Shown here piece by piece: positions 10,429 through 19,092 of a DNA stretch of 64,000 bases. The translations under genes were made by a program, and so were the position numbers. The notes below the pieces were generated by a model, which saw only the letters and a list, made by a program, of their open reading frames with translations, made no database searches and was not told where the DNA came from. Location of the stretch: contig CAVTBV010000001.1 in NCBI GenBank assembly GCA_963733095.1, positions 32,001 to 96,000 on the forward strand, in the 5' to 3' direction. Each line of letters begins with the position of its first letter. Position 1 is the first letter of the stretch. Source of the DNA: Candidatus Bathyarchaeota archaeon (lineage in GTDB: Archaea; Thermoproteota; Bathyarchaeia; Bathyarchaeales; Bathycorpusculaceae).

Positions 10429-10499
10429 CTGCAGGTTTGCAGATACAATTTATTAATTTGTTGGTGAACTATGTTTCTAAAACTGGGAGGCAGAAATAA

Positions 10500-10985
10500 G
10501 TGAGCACTAATCCAAGACCCAATTGGGACAGGTACTTTTTAGATATGTGTGAAGCGGTGGCTAGACGGGCAACCTGTGACCGTGGAAGAAGCGGCTGCGT
10601 CATCGTCAAGGACAAACGAATCATGACTACGGGCTATGTTGGTGCTCCAGCAGGGTTACCCCACTGTGACGAAGCAGGACATGACATGCGTAAAGTATTC
10701 AACTCCAACGGAGAAGTCACCCAGCACTGTGTACGAACACTTCATGCAGAGCAGAACGCAATTATTCAAGCCGCAAGGTTTGGAATCCCACTTGAGGGAG
10801 CGACGCTTTTCTGCAAAATGACTCCATGCCGAACTTGCGCCATGATGATAATTAATGCGGGAATCAAAAGGGTAGTTTGCGAGAAACGCTACCACGCCGA
10901 CGCCGACACCATTGAAATGTTCAAGCAAGCAGGGATAGAGCTATCCATCGTAAATAATGAATTCGAAAAATACGATAAACAATAA
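10500..10985 (+). CDS. dCMP deaminase family protein (ComEB-like)
   Basis: RPNWDRYF, HAEQNAI and PCRTC zinc motifs. Confidence 0.9.
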   Translation: MSTNPRPNWDRYFLDMCEAVARRATCDRGRSGCVIVKDKRIMTTGYVGAPAGLPHCDEAGHDMRKVFNSNGEVTQHCVRTLHAEQNAIIQAARFGIPLEGATLFCKMTPCRTCAMMIINAGIKRVVCEKRYHADADTIEMFKQAGIELSIVNNEFEKYDKQ

Positions 10986-11004
10986 CCTCCTATTTGATCG
11001 TACA

Positions 11005-11075
11005 CTAACCTATTTGGATTCTAATAGGTTCTAGCAGAAAAGATACAGGGGATCAAAAGCCCTAAAAGGGGCAGG
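11005..11075. repeat. Dispersed ~70-bp intergenic element, copy 1
   Basis: Reverse complement aligns with 36225-36295 (CCCCTTTTAGGGCTTTTG is shared exactly); contains the inverted repeat AACCTATT-N8-AATAGGTT. Confidence 0.7.
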
Positions 11076-11166
11076 GTCTTATTGGTGAGTTATACATCAA
11101 TATCATGTTGACCAGTATTTAAAATAAAAAAAGAAAAAAGAACCACTTCAAGTATTAACTGGCGAC

Positions 11167-11505
11167 TTATCGTTTTGTTGGAACAACAAGCCACTTAACA
11201 TTATCAAGCCCATACTTCGTCACAAGCGGGTCAATGAAGTTTGGGGATAAGTCGTCGTCGATTTCTGAGAAAGCCACGGTATCGCCGATTCTGTAAGCGA
11301 TGCATATGATTGTAACGTCTTTTAATGCGGCGTACTTGCCCTTGATTTCCCAGTATCCAGGTTCATCCCGTCCGGGCTCAATTACCCAAGAATACTTGTC
11401 TTCAGGATGCTGCCCCTGCATAAAGTTGAAGGCGCAAACAACATCGCCCACAGCTTTTGGGTCCTCATTTGTTTTGACATAGAACCAAAGAGTCATAATT
11501 AACAC
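11167..11505 (-). CDS. Hypothetical protein
   Basis: 112-aa ORF with normal composition, downstream of and co-oriented with the HemK-family gene; no recognisable motif. Confidence 0.65.
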   Translation of the reverse strand: MLIMTLWFYVKTNEDPKAVGDVVCAFNFMQGQHPEDKYSWVIEPGRDEPGYWEIKGKYAALKDVTIICIAYRIGDTVAFSEIDDDLSPNFIDPLVTKYGLDNVKWLVVPTKR

Positions 11506-11546
11506 CAGTACATACTGAGTTGGTTTGTGGCTTTAAATTGTTTCGT

Positions 11547-12167
11547 CTACTCGCCCGCTCGAGCTTCTATTAGAGTCAGGGTTTCAAAAAAAGGCAGCTT
11601 TTGTTCAGCTTTCACAAATGCTTTCAGATTGTTTTCGCTGAATTTTTGAAGGGTTTCCTCGACGCCAGTGAGCGTAGACTGCATCAGTAGAACTCGACCG
11701 TACGGCTTCAAATACCGTGGGACTTCAGAGATAAAACGGTCAACCACTTCCCTTCCGTTAACGCCTCCTGCCCAAGCACGGTCAATCCAAGAAGTGATTT
11801 CCTGTTCTTCAGAGGGCAAGTAGGGTGCGTTAAACAGGATTAGGTTAAAAGCATTGGTTGGGTTTAGTGCCGTGAAGAGACTTGCTTGAATAAAGCCAAC
11901 TCTGCTATTCACTCCGTTGAGCGTTGAATTGTTCTTTGCGCAACGGATGGCAAAAGGGTTTAAGTCCACCGCAACCACACCTCCAGCATGCTTCGCAGCA
12001 ATAACAGCAAGCATCCCAGAACCAGTACCAACATCCAAAACCCGCTCGCCTTCTTTAACAACAAGGTTTTTGGCAAAAAGAAAAGAGTCCTCGGCAGGCT
12101 CATATACATTATCGTAAACGTCAAAAGTGTATTCTCCAAAAAGGATTCTTTTACTGGGGCAGAGCAT
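11547..12167 (-). CDS. HemK2/PrmC-family N5-glutamine methyltransferase
   Basis: VYEPAEDSFL, VLDVGTGSG, FNAPYLP and GGVNGREV motifs. Confidence 0.88.
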   Translation of the reverse strand: MLCPSKRILFGEYTFDVYDNVYEPAEDSFLFAKNLVVKEGERVLDVGTGSGMLAVIAAKHAGGVVAVDLNPFAIRCAKNNSTLNGVNSRVGFIQASLFTALNPTNAFNLILFNAPYLPSEEQEITSWIDRAWAGGVNGREVVDRFISEVPRYLKPYGRVLLMQSTLTGVEETLQKFSENNLKAFVKAEQKLPFFETLTLIEARAGE

Positions 12168-12969
12168 TTGCTATGGCTCCAAATTCCTTTGGGGACAACT
12201 CTCTCACGCGCCTATCATGAAAAGACAGCTCGAGAGCTAATTTTTCTGAATCGTGTTTGTTTAGCTTAAAGTTGTCTCTGACAAATGGAGCCAGTGCTTT
12301 GCCCAACTTTTTATTGCGTTGGGTAAAGAGCCACTTCATCAAGCGGATAAAAAACTGTGTGTCCTTCACTTCGAAAGGCTGAGTACTCCAGGGTTTTAGG
12401 CGAAGGATTATCGAATCTACTTCAGGTTGAGGATAAAACATGTCTTGGGAAACAGAGTCCAAGAGCTCAGCTTCGGCACACTGATTAGTAACAACCGTTA
12501 ACCAACCGTACATTTCACTGCCTACAGAAGCGACAAGGCGTTCAGCGAACTCTTTTTGCAAAATCAAAACTGCACAATCAACCTTACGCTCAAGAATCCA
12601 CAGCACCAGCTGGGAAGACAAATAGTATGGGGGAATCGCTATGACCTTGTTGAACTCAGGTAACTCCGTTTTCAACACATCGCCTTCAACGATCGTCACG
12701 TTGCCCAATCCCTTGACGTTTTCAAGGAGCACGAGCACAATTTGCGGGTCCTTCTCAACAGCAACTACAGCCTTGCATTTTTCAGCCAAAAAACAAGTTA
12801 ACCAACCGAATCCTGCGCCAGCATCCAAAACCACATCCGCCCTACTAAGCGCTGCATAAGTGCATAGTTTATTGTAAAGTGACGGCTCAACCATAAAGTT
12901 TTGCCCCAAAAGCTTGTTTGGGGAAATTCTGTGGGTTTGAAGGAACTGCTTTGTTTCCTCAAGATTCAT
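12151..12969 (-). CDS. rsmA: 16S rRNA dimethyladenosine transferase
   Basis: KLLGQNF, QKEFAERL, FYPQPEVDS and FTQRNK motifs. Confidence 0.92.
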   Translation of the reverse strand: MNLEETKQFLQTHRISPNKLLGQNFMVEPSLYNKLCTYAALSRADVVLDAGAGFGWLTCFLAEKCKAVVAVEKDPQIVLVLLENVKGLGNVTIVEGDVLKTELPEFNKVIAIPPYYLSSQLVLWILERKVDCAVLILQKEFAERLVASVGSEMYGWLTVVTNQCAEAELLDSVSQDMFYPQPEVDSIILRLKPWSTQPFEVKDTQFFIRLMKWLFTQRNKKLGKALAPFVRDNFKLNKHDSEKLALELSFHDRRVRELSPKEFGAIANALPQ

Positions 12970-12978
12970 GCGTATGCC

Positions 12979-13554
12979 TTACTGGGCTCGTGTGAATAAC
13001 CGGTACTTACTGTCACCCTCAAGCTCTTCCATAATCCGCTTTGTAATCAGCTTTACAGGGTTTGGCAACTCGGTACGTTTTTGTAGGTCATCGAAGCTTT
13101 CAAACGGTTTGTGCTCACGCATGTTTATGACCTGCCACATGTATTTCTTGCCGATGCCTGGAACAAGCTCTAAAGCGTGCATTCGAGGGGTAATAGCGCG
13201 GGCGGTGTTGAAAAAGTTGACAAACCATTTTTCCCGGTTCGCCACTATTTTGCTTATGACGCTTGGAAGTTCAGCTTTTGCTGAGGCGGTTAATTCTTCA
13301 TAGCCAATTCTGCCTATGATGTAGGTTACTTCTTCACGTGAATCTTTGCCGACATACACGCGGTCGCCAGGCTTCAAAAGCAACTCTTCTTTTACTAAAG
13401 CTTCCAAAAGGGTAAAGAATTCTTCGCCGACACATTGAATTAGAGCGCCCGCTCGGTAACCTGCTCGTCCTGTGGGGCGAAATCCTGGCTTGCCGTGCTG
13501 AAGGAAATCTAACACGTAAGCATGCTCTTCATACCGCTTTTCCATAACAGTCAC
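12979..13554 (-). CDS. DUF655 family putative RNA-binding protein
   Basis: EEHAYVLDFL, FTLLE and HhH (LELVPGIGKK); conserved rpoF-DUF655-ksgA order. Confidence 0.88.
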   Translation of the reverse strand: MTVMEKRYEEHAYVLDFLQHGKPGFRPTGRAGYRAGALIQCVGEEFFTLLEALVKEELLLKPGDRVYVGKDSREEVTYIIGRIGYEELTASAKAELPSVISKIVANREKWFVNFFNTARAITPRMHALELVPGIGKKYMWQVINMREHKPFESFDDLQKRTELPNPVKLITKRIMEELEGDSKYRLFTRAQ

Positions 13555-13612
13555 TGAGTCCGTCAGCTAGTCTATTCTCGCTTAGTGCTTAAAAATACTT
13601 AGTCGCTTCCCA

Positions 13613-13951
13613 CTACTTCAACGTTCGGTTCTCATTCAAAAGTTCAACAATCGTGTGTAATTTTGAGGTTTCAATGATTTTTCGTCCCCCAGCCAAGAAC
13701 ACGCGCAACTCGTCAACAGTCTCAGGCATACAGTTGATAATTTGAACTGCTTCAGCCTCGTCAAGTTCGTATTCTTTTAGGAGGGTTTGCAAGAGTTCTT
13801 CAGCTTTATCTGGATCACATTTGGAGAATTTGCTGACGTAGTCGAGTGTGCGGCGTTGAAACTGGTCAAGGTTTTCTTCGCCAATGGTTTCCAGAACCTT
13901 CTTAACCTGTGGAAGGGTTAAGCGGCTTTCGCTTACTTCTCTCTTGCTCAT
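13613..13951 (-). CDS. rpoF: RNA polymerase subunit Rpo4 (F)
   Basis: TLDYVSKFSK...AVQIINCMPETVDELR; synteny with rpl21e. Confidence 0.88.
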   Translation of the reverse strand: MSKREVSESRLTLPQVKKVLETIGEENLDQFQRRTLDYVSKFSKCDPDKAEELLQTLLKEYELDEAEAVQIINCMPETVDELRVFLAGGRKIIETSKLHTIVELLNENRTLK

Positions 13952-13958
13952 GTTTCTC

Positions 13959-14255
13959 TCACTTACCTGTGTATGGTTCTAGATGTTCAGGACGAGTAAT
14001 TATTTCTTTAATAGCATTACCCTGCGGAACACTGACGACGTATCCGCGGCCTCGTTTTTCCACTATGACACCTATTTTGCCGTGGAAACGTTTATGGGGC
14101 ATACTCTTCTGAGTGCTAGAATCCATCTTTATGATTACTTGAGAACCAGGAGTATAATCTTCAAGGATTTTACCTATGTGTGGTTTACCTTTTGCTCGAG
14201 TTGGTTTACGCAGAAGACTGCGAGTTCCAGTGTAGTAGCCTTTTGAACCTCTCAT
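13959..14255 (-). CDS. rpl21e: 50S ribosomal protein L21e
   Basis: SKGYYTGTR, MPHKRFHGKIG and RPEHL motifs. Confidence 0.95.
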   Translation of the reverse strand: MRGSKGYYTGTRSLLRKPTRAKGKPHIGKILEDYTPGSQVIIKMDSSTQKSMPHKRFHGKIGVIVEKRGRGYVVSVPQGNAIKEIITRPEHLEPYTGK

Positions 14256-14266
14256 TCAATTTTCAC

Positions 14267-15607
14267 CTATACATTATCATCCATTATTACGTTGAGAACG
14301 TCAAGCTTAAGCGTCTTCGCTCGGTTATTGAGCAAATTCGAAACGTTCGGTACTGTTCTTCCTTCATCTCCAGACACCAATTCTTTAACGTAGAGCCCGC
14401 CCTGGCAACGAATTTCCAGCAGAGCCCTCTTAAGCGACACCTTCTTAACTTTAACCTGATATATGTACCTTTCTCGGATTAAATCTGCCCTTCGATGCAA
14501 AACACGCAGAGGCGTCTGCTGTTTAATACATGTACCTGATAGCTGCTCTTCAATCCTGTGCAAATCTTGATCTGTTAATTCATTCTCAAATTCAGCCAAC
14601 AAAGCATATTCTTTCTGCGAGCCCTCACCCTTCTTTAGGCGGCGAACAATTTCCTTGGTTGTGAAATGCAGGTCCGAAACCTCAACTTTCCCAACCGCAT
14701 CAGTATTAACCTGAGATTCAATCACCTGCAAATCAACAAACCGCTTCTTAGGTTTTGAAACCTCAATCACAAAAGGCCTGCCGCTTCCAAGCATTCTTGC
14801 ATCGATGTCTTCTCGACCAGAAGCATGGAAAAACACATCTTCACCGTGGGTAGCTTCAAGCAACTGTTTAGAAGATAACTCTTCCACCGATTCAGGATAC
14901 AACTTTCCTGTTCCGCCGCATTTCTCGCATCCTCTGCCTCGGCAATCTGAGCAGAACCATTTCGACTGAGGAATAGTTCTAAGCAGTTTACGGTATCTCC
15001 CAGCCACGAAAAGAGGGTTAACTTGAAGCCTAACATTCTCGAGAAAAGGATTGAAAACGAAGACCAAATCCGGCTTCAGGTAATCTGCTTCTTTGCCTGT
15101 CCATTTAGCGAGCACTTTGCCGAGTAGTCTGCCGAATTCATGCTTCATGCTTTCGCCATAGCTAACGTTTATGGCAGCTTTGAACTCGTCTTCCCGCTCC
15201 TCAGCTTTGACGGGCAACTCTATTCCAACAAGGAAGGTCGTAAACTCGTAGCCTTCAATGGCTTCCAACGCTTTTTGGGTTAAACTGTCAATAAGCCCGA
15301 ACGTCCCCTCACAGAGGCTACACTTGATTTCTGCATCTTCTTTTGGGAGTCGTTTCTTTAGGTGTTTTAGGGTTTCTTTGGCTTCTCTTGAAAAACCGTT
15401 CGTTGCCAAAACCTTAAGCCGCTTAACACCCTCAGTGTTTTTTTCTACCGTAAGGTCGTTGGCTTGCATGGTTAAAGCGACTTTTAATGCTTGACCGCGA
15501 ACATTGTTTTCCATACTGTAACCAAGCAAAGCAAACTGTCTGCCCAAGCAGTGGTCACAAAGCGGGAAAGTGCTAAGAATTTCGTAGGCTTTCTCTAAAA
15601 CATCCAT
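14267..15607 (-). CDS. pus10: tRNA pseudouridine 54/55 synthase Pus10
   Basis: LCDHCLGRQF, GREDIDARMLGSGRPF, QQTPLRVLHRRAD, GGLYVKELVSGD. Confidence 0.95.
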   Translation of the reverse strand: MDVLEKAYEILSTFPLCDHCLGRQFALLGYSMENNVRGQALKVALTMQANDLTVEKNTEGVKRLKVLATNGFSREAKETLKHLKKRLPKEDAEIKCSLCEGTFGLIDSLTQKALEAIEGYEFTTFLVGIELPVKAEEREDEFKAAINVSYGESMKHEFGRLLGKVLAKWTGKEADYLKPDLVFVFNPFLENVRLQVNPLFVAGRYRKLLRTIPQSKWFCSDCRGRGCEKCGGTGKLYPESVEELSSKQLLEATHGEDVFFHASGREDIDARMLGSGRPFVIEVSKPKKRFVDLQVIESQVNTDAVGKVEVSDLHFTTKEIVRRLKKGEGSQKEYALLAEFENELTDQDLHRIEEQLSGTCIKQQTPLRVLHRRADLIRERYIYQVKVKKVSLKRALLEIRCQGGLYVKELVSGDEGRTVPNVSNLLNNRAKTLKLDVLNVIMDDNV

Positions 15608-15617
15608 TGCACTTAGC

Positions 15618-16970
15618 CTACTTCATACCTGGCATACCCATGCCCATGCCTTTACCGCCTAAACCGAACGGCAACTTCTTTTTGTGCTTAAACATCTTGA
15701 GCATCTTACGCATCATAACATACTGCTTGAGAAGTTCCTTGACTTCTTTTTCTGTGGTTCCTGAACCACGGGCGATGCGTCTTGCTCTCGAAGAATTCAA
15801 TAGTTTAGGATTCTCTTTCTCAGCGGGCGTCATGGATTGAATTATGATTCCCCATTTGTCCAGGCGACCTTCAGCAGTGTTCAGCATCTCGTCAGGCACG
15901 TTGGCTGAGGACAGTCCAGGAATCATCTTGAGCACTTTACCGAACGGTCCCATCTTTTTAACCGCTTGGAACTGCTCATACATGTCAGTTAACGTAAAGT
16001 TGCCGCTCATGATGTCTTTGGCTTTCCTTTGAGGAACGCTGATTTCTGCATCTTTGACTTTTTCGAGCAACGTTTCTAAGTCGCCCATGCCTAATAGACG
16101 ACCGACAAATCGTGAAGGAATGAATGCTTCCAAGTCTTCTATTTTTTCGCCTGTGCCGATGAATTTTATGGGTGCACCGGTCGCTGCGACTGCGGATAGT
16201 GCGCCGCCTCCGCGTGAGGACCCATCGAGTTTAGTTACTATGATTGCGCCGATGGGGGTTGCTTCATGGAAGGTTTTGGCTTGCGCAAGCGCCTGCTGTC
16301 CGATGGTACCATCGATAACCATTATGACTTCGTCTGGGTGAATGTTCTTTTCAAGGTCCTTCATTTCCTTGATTAAATCCTTCTCTTCCTTATGTCGACC
16401 CGCTGTGTCAACGATTATCAAATCTTTGTCGCTGAATTGTTTTAGGCCTTCCCTGACAACTTTCACAGGGTCTTTTTGCTTTAAGTCGCCAAAGAATGGG
16501 GTGTTAATTCGAGTTGCGAGTTGTTGAAGTTGGTTGTAGGCGCCGGGGCGGTAAGTATCGGCACAAATTAGCCCTACTCTCAGGCCTCTTTTTTGGAAGT
16601 ACCGCGCCAGTTTAGCAGCGTGGGTGGTTTTTCCTGAACCTTGAATACCGACCAGCATTATGGTTTTCTTTTTACCGGGCTCAACTTTGAGCGGAACAGG
16701 TTTATCGCCGACGAATCGGGTTAATTCTTCGTAGACTACTTTGATGACGTGTTCGCGTCTTGAAACTCCCGGAGGTACCTTCTCCTTTAACGCCCGCTCT
16801 TGTATGCGTTTTGAGATTTCGAGGACAAGCTGCACGTTAACGTCTGCTTGGAGAAGGGCGCGCTGTATGTCGCGGACCAGTTCTTTCACTGCCGCTTCGT
16901 CCACTGCGCCCGCTTTGAAAAGCTTCTTTATTGCGTCGGTTAGAGAAGAACCTAGCTTGTCCAGTGCCAT
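15618..16970 (-). CDS. srp54: Signal recognition particle protein Srp54
   Basis: GIQGSGKTT, DTAGR, TKLDG and a Met-rich M domain. Confidence 0.96.
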   Translation of the reverse strand: MALDKLGSSLTDAIKKLFKAGAVDEAAVKELVRDIQRALLQADVNVQLVLEISKRIQERALKEKVPPGVSRREHVIKVVYEELTRFVGDKPVPLKVEPGKKKTIMLVGIQGSGKTTHAAKLARYFQKRGLRVGLICADTYRPGAYNQLQQLATRINTPFFGDLKQKDPVKVVREGLKQFSDKDLIIVDTAGRHKEEKDLIKEMKDLEKNIHPDEVIMVIDGTIGQQALAQAKTFHEATPIGAIIVTKLDGSSRGGGALSAVAATGAPIKFIGTGEKIEDLEAFIPSRFVGRLLGMGDLETLLEKVKDAEISVPQRKAKDIMSGNFTLTDMYEQFQAVKKMGPFGKVLKMIPGLSSANVPDEMLNTAEGRLDKWGIIIQSMTPAEKENPKLLNSSRARRIARGSGTTEKEVKELLKQYVMMRKMLKMFKHKKKLPFGLGGKGMGMGMPGMK

Positions 16971-17191
16971 CAGAGTCTCCGCTTAACATTCTATCGTTCT
17001 TTTAAATAAAGATTACAGCGTAAAACCGCGGCAATACAGGTTAATTTCTGGCCGATTACTTTGAAGCCTCAGTTCCCCATTAAAATATTCTTCACAATTC
17101 AGACGGCTCTTCATGCATCATTGGCTTCAAAGCAAAGGCTCCACGCTAGAAAATAAACTTTGATGGAAAAGAATAGAAAATAAATTATTGA

Positions 17192-17584
17192 TTATTTTAC
17201 ACGGACAATTTTTACTTTTCCAAGTATTGCCCAATACTCAATTTCTGCCCCAGCAACGAGTTTCTCTTTAAGTTCAGGTTCATCGGGGAAGGGCGCATCT
17301 AAGTACTCATAAGTTTCTAAATCCATTATTTGCACGCCCGTAGGGTTAACAGCGAAAACTTGACCTGTTCTCTTGTCGATTAAAGGAACTTCTGCGCCTA
17401 GGTCAACTGGCTTTACAAATTGACGTTTCTGACCGTCAAAGATGCCGATTGCGACGATTCTTGCTTTTGCTGATCCGTGTTTTCCTGGTTTAGATTTGGC
17501 GATGTCTACTATTCGGCAGGGTTCACCCTCAATCATCATGTAGCCGCCAACGCGTAAACTTCCGACATCAACTGGTTTACTCAT
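17192..17584 (-). CDS. eif5a: Translation factor aIF5A
   Basis: KSKPGKHGSAK hypusine motif. Confidence 0.96.
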   Translation of the reverse strand: MSKPVDVGSLRVGGYMMIEGEPCRIVDIAKSKPGKHGSAKARIVAIGIFDGQKRQFVKPVDLGAEVPLIDKRTGQVFAVNPTGVQIMDLETYEYLDAPFPDEPELKEKLVAGAEIEYWAILGKVKIVRVK

Positions 17585-17677
17585 ACGCTCACCACAGTAT
17601 AGTCTCTATTCAATGCAATTTCTTAACAACACCCATATATAGATTAAGGTTTACGCTAGTAGCTGAGCGGTGGAAAA

Positions 17678-18517
17678 ATGTTCAAAACCGTAGGTTTAGT
17701 TGCCCGCTATGACCAAAAAGCTGCTTTGAAGCTTGCTGAAAAACTTGCGGACTACCTCAACGCAAAGGGCTTGAAGGTTTACGTAGAAAACAGCCTTAGC
17801 GACAGAGTATCTTCTCATCAGGAGTTTATTCCACTCTCAGAAATGAAAACTGATTTCATAATAACCATCGGTGGGGATGGAACCATACTTCGAACAGCCA
17901 CAGAGGTGCCTAAGCCTGAACCACCAATCTTAGCCGTCAATATGGGTGTAAGAGGTTTTCTAACCGAAGTGGAGCCACACAAAGCCCTTGAAGCTATAGA
18001 CCGAATTCTAAACGGCGACTATAAAGTTGAAAAATGCAACAAGCTGTGTGTGACGGCTGGTGAGGAAATCTTGCCTGATGCCCTAAACGATGTGGTTGTT
18101 TCGGCTGGTGAACCGTCGAAGATTCTCTATGCAGAGATTCGTAAGGGCGGTAAACCAGTTTTGAAGTGTCAGGCTGACGGGTTAATCGTGGCTACCCCGA
18201 CGGGTTCAACGGGTTATTCTCTCTCTGCAGGTGGACCAGTATTGGATAGCGAGGTGAATGCTTTTGTTATCACTCCAATCTGTTCGCTCACAGTGTTTCA
18301 TTCGCTCGTACTTCCAGCTGACTGCGCCATAACAATCAACGCGCTCAGACCAAACAACATGTATGTTTTGATTGATGGAAATTTTAGAAAACTCTTAACT
18401 GAAAATGAGCCTTCGGTAAGTATTGAGAAATCAAGGAATGTAACCTCGTTTATACGTTTTGAAACTGACTTTTACGATAGATTGCGAAATAGGCTACTGT
18501 TTAAGGGAACAGAATGA
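17678..18517 (+). CDS. nadK: NAD kinase
   Basis: GGDGT, LND and ADGLIVATPTGSTGYSLSAGGP motifs. Confidence 0.93.
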   Translation: MFKTVGLVARYDQKAALKLAEKLADYLNAKGLKVYVENSLSDRVSSHQEFIPLSEMKTDFIITIGGDGTILRTATEVPKPEPPILAVNMGVRGFLTEVEPHKALEAIDRILNGDYKVEKCNKLCVTAGEEILPDALNDVVVSAGEPSKILYAEIRKGGKPVLKCQADGLIVATPTGSTGYSLSAGGPVLDSEVNAFVITPICSLTVFHSLVLPADCAITINALRPNNMYVLIDGNFRKLLTENEPSVSIEKSRNVTSFIRFETDFYDRLRNRLLFKGTE

Positions 18518-19092
18518 AAACTCAAGAGAGCTCTTGTAAGCGAGTGGTTGTTTTAGACACTTCTGCTTTTGTAGCGGGTTTTGACCCTTTCTCATTGGAT
18601 AGCGAACAGTTCACAGTGCCTAAGGTGGAGGAAGAAATCCGACGCAACTCGATGGTTAAAATGCGTTTAGAAATGGCGATTGAAAGCGGAAAACTCAAAG
18701 TTAAAGCGCCCACTCAGGAATTCGAAGTTAATACAGAGAAATCAGCCACTGCAGCCGGAGACTCGTTTAAGCTTTCAGAAGCTGACAAACAGCTTTTGGC
18801 CTTAGCTTTGGAACTTAAAGCCTCAGGGTATGTGCCACAAATCGTTACTGACGATTACTCAATACAGAACGTTGCGACCCAGATGGGGATGGAATTTCTT
18901 TCGCTTGCAACTTTAGGTATCAAACGACTCTTGGAGTGGATACGTTACTGTCCGGCTTGCTACAAAGAGTACGCTGCAGACTCCAAATTCAAGGAATGCC
19001 TAGTCTGCGGAACTGAACTGAAGAGAAAACCGAAAAGACCACAAGCAAATAACTCAGATTTAAAGAAGCAAAAGCAAAATGATAAGCAGTAA
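18514..19092 (+). CDS. nob1: Nob1-family rRNA endonuclease (PIN domain + Zn ribbon)
   Basis: VLDTSAF, LSEAD, TDDYSIQNVA, CPAC...CLVCG. Confidence 0.9.
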   Translation: MKTQESSCKRVVVLDTSAFVAGFDPFSLDSEQFTVPKVEEEIRRNSMVKMRLEMAIESGKLKVKAPTQEFEVNTEKSATAAGDSFKLSEADKQLLALALELKASGYVPQIVTDDYSIQNVATQMGMEFLSLATLGIKRLLEWIRYCPACYKEYAADSKFKECLVCGTELKRKPKRPQANNSDLKKQKQNDKQ

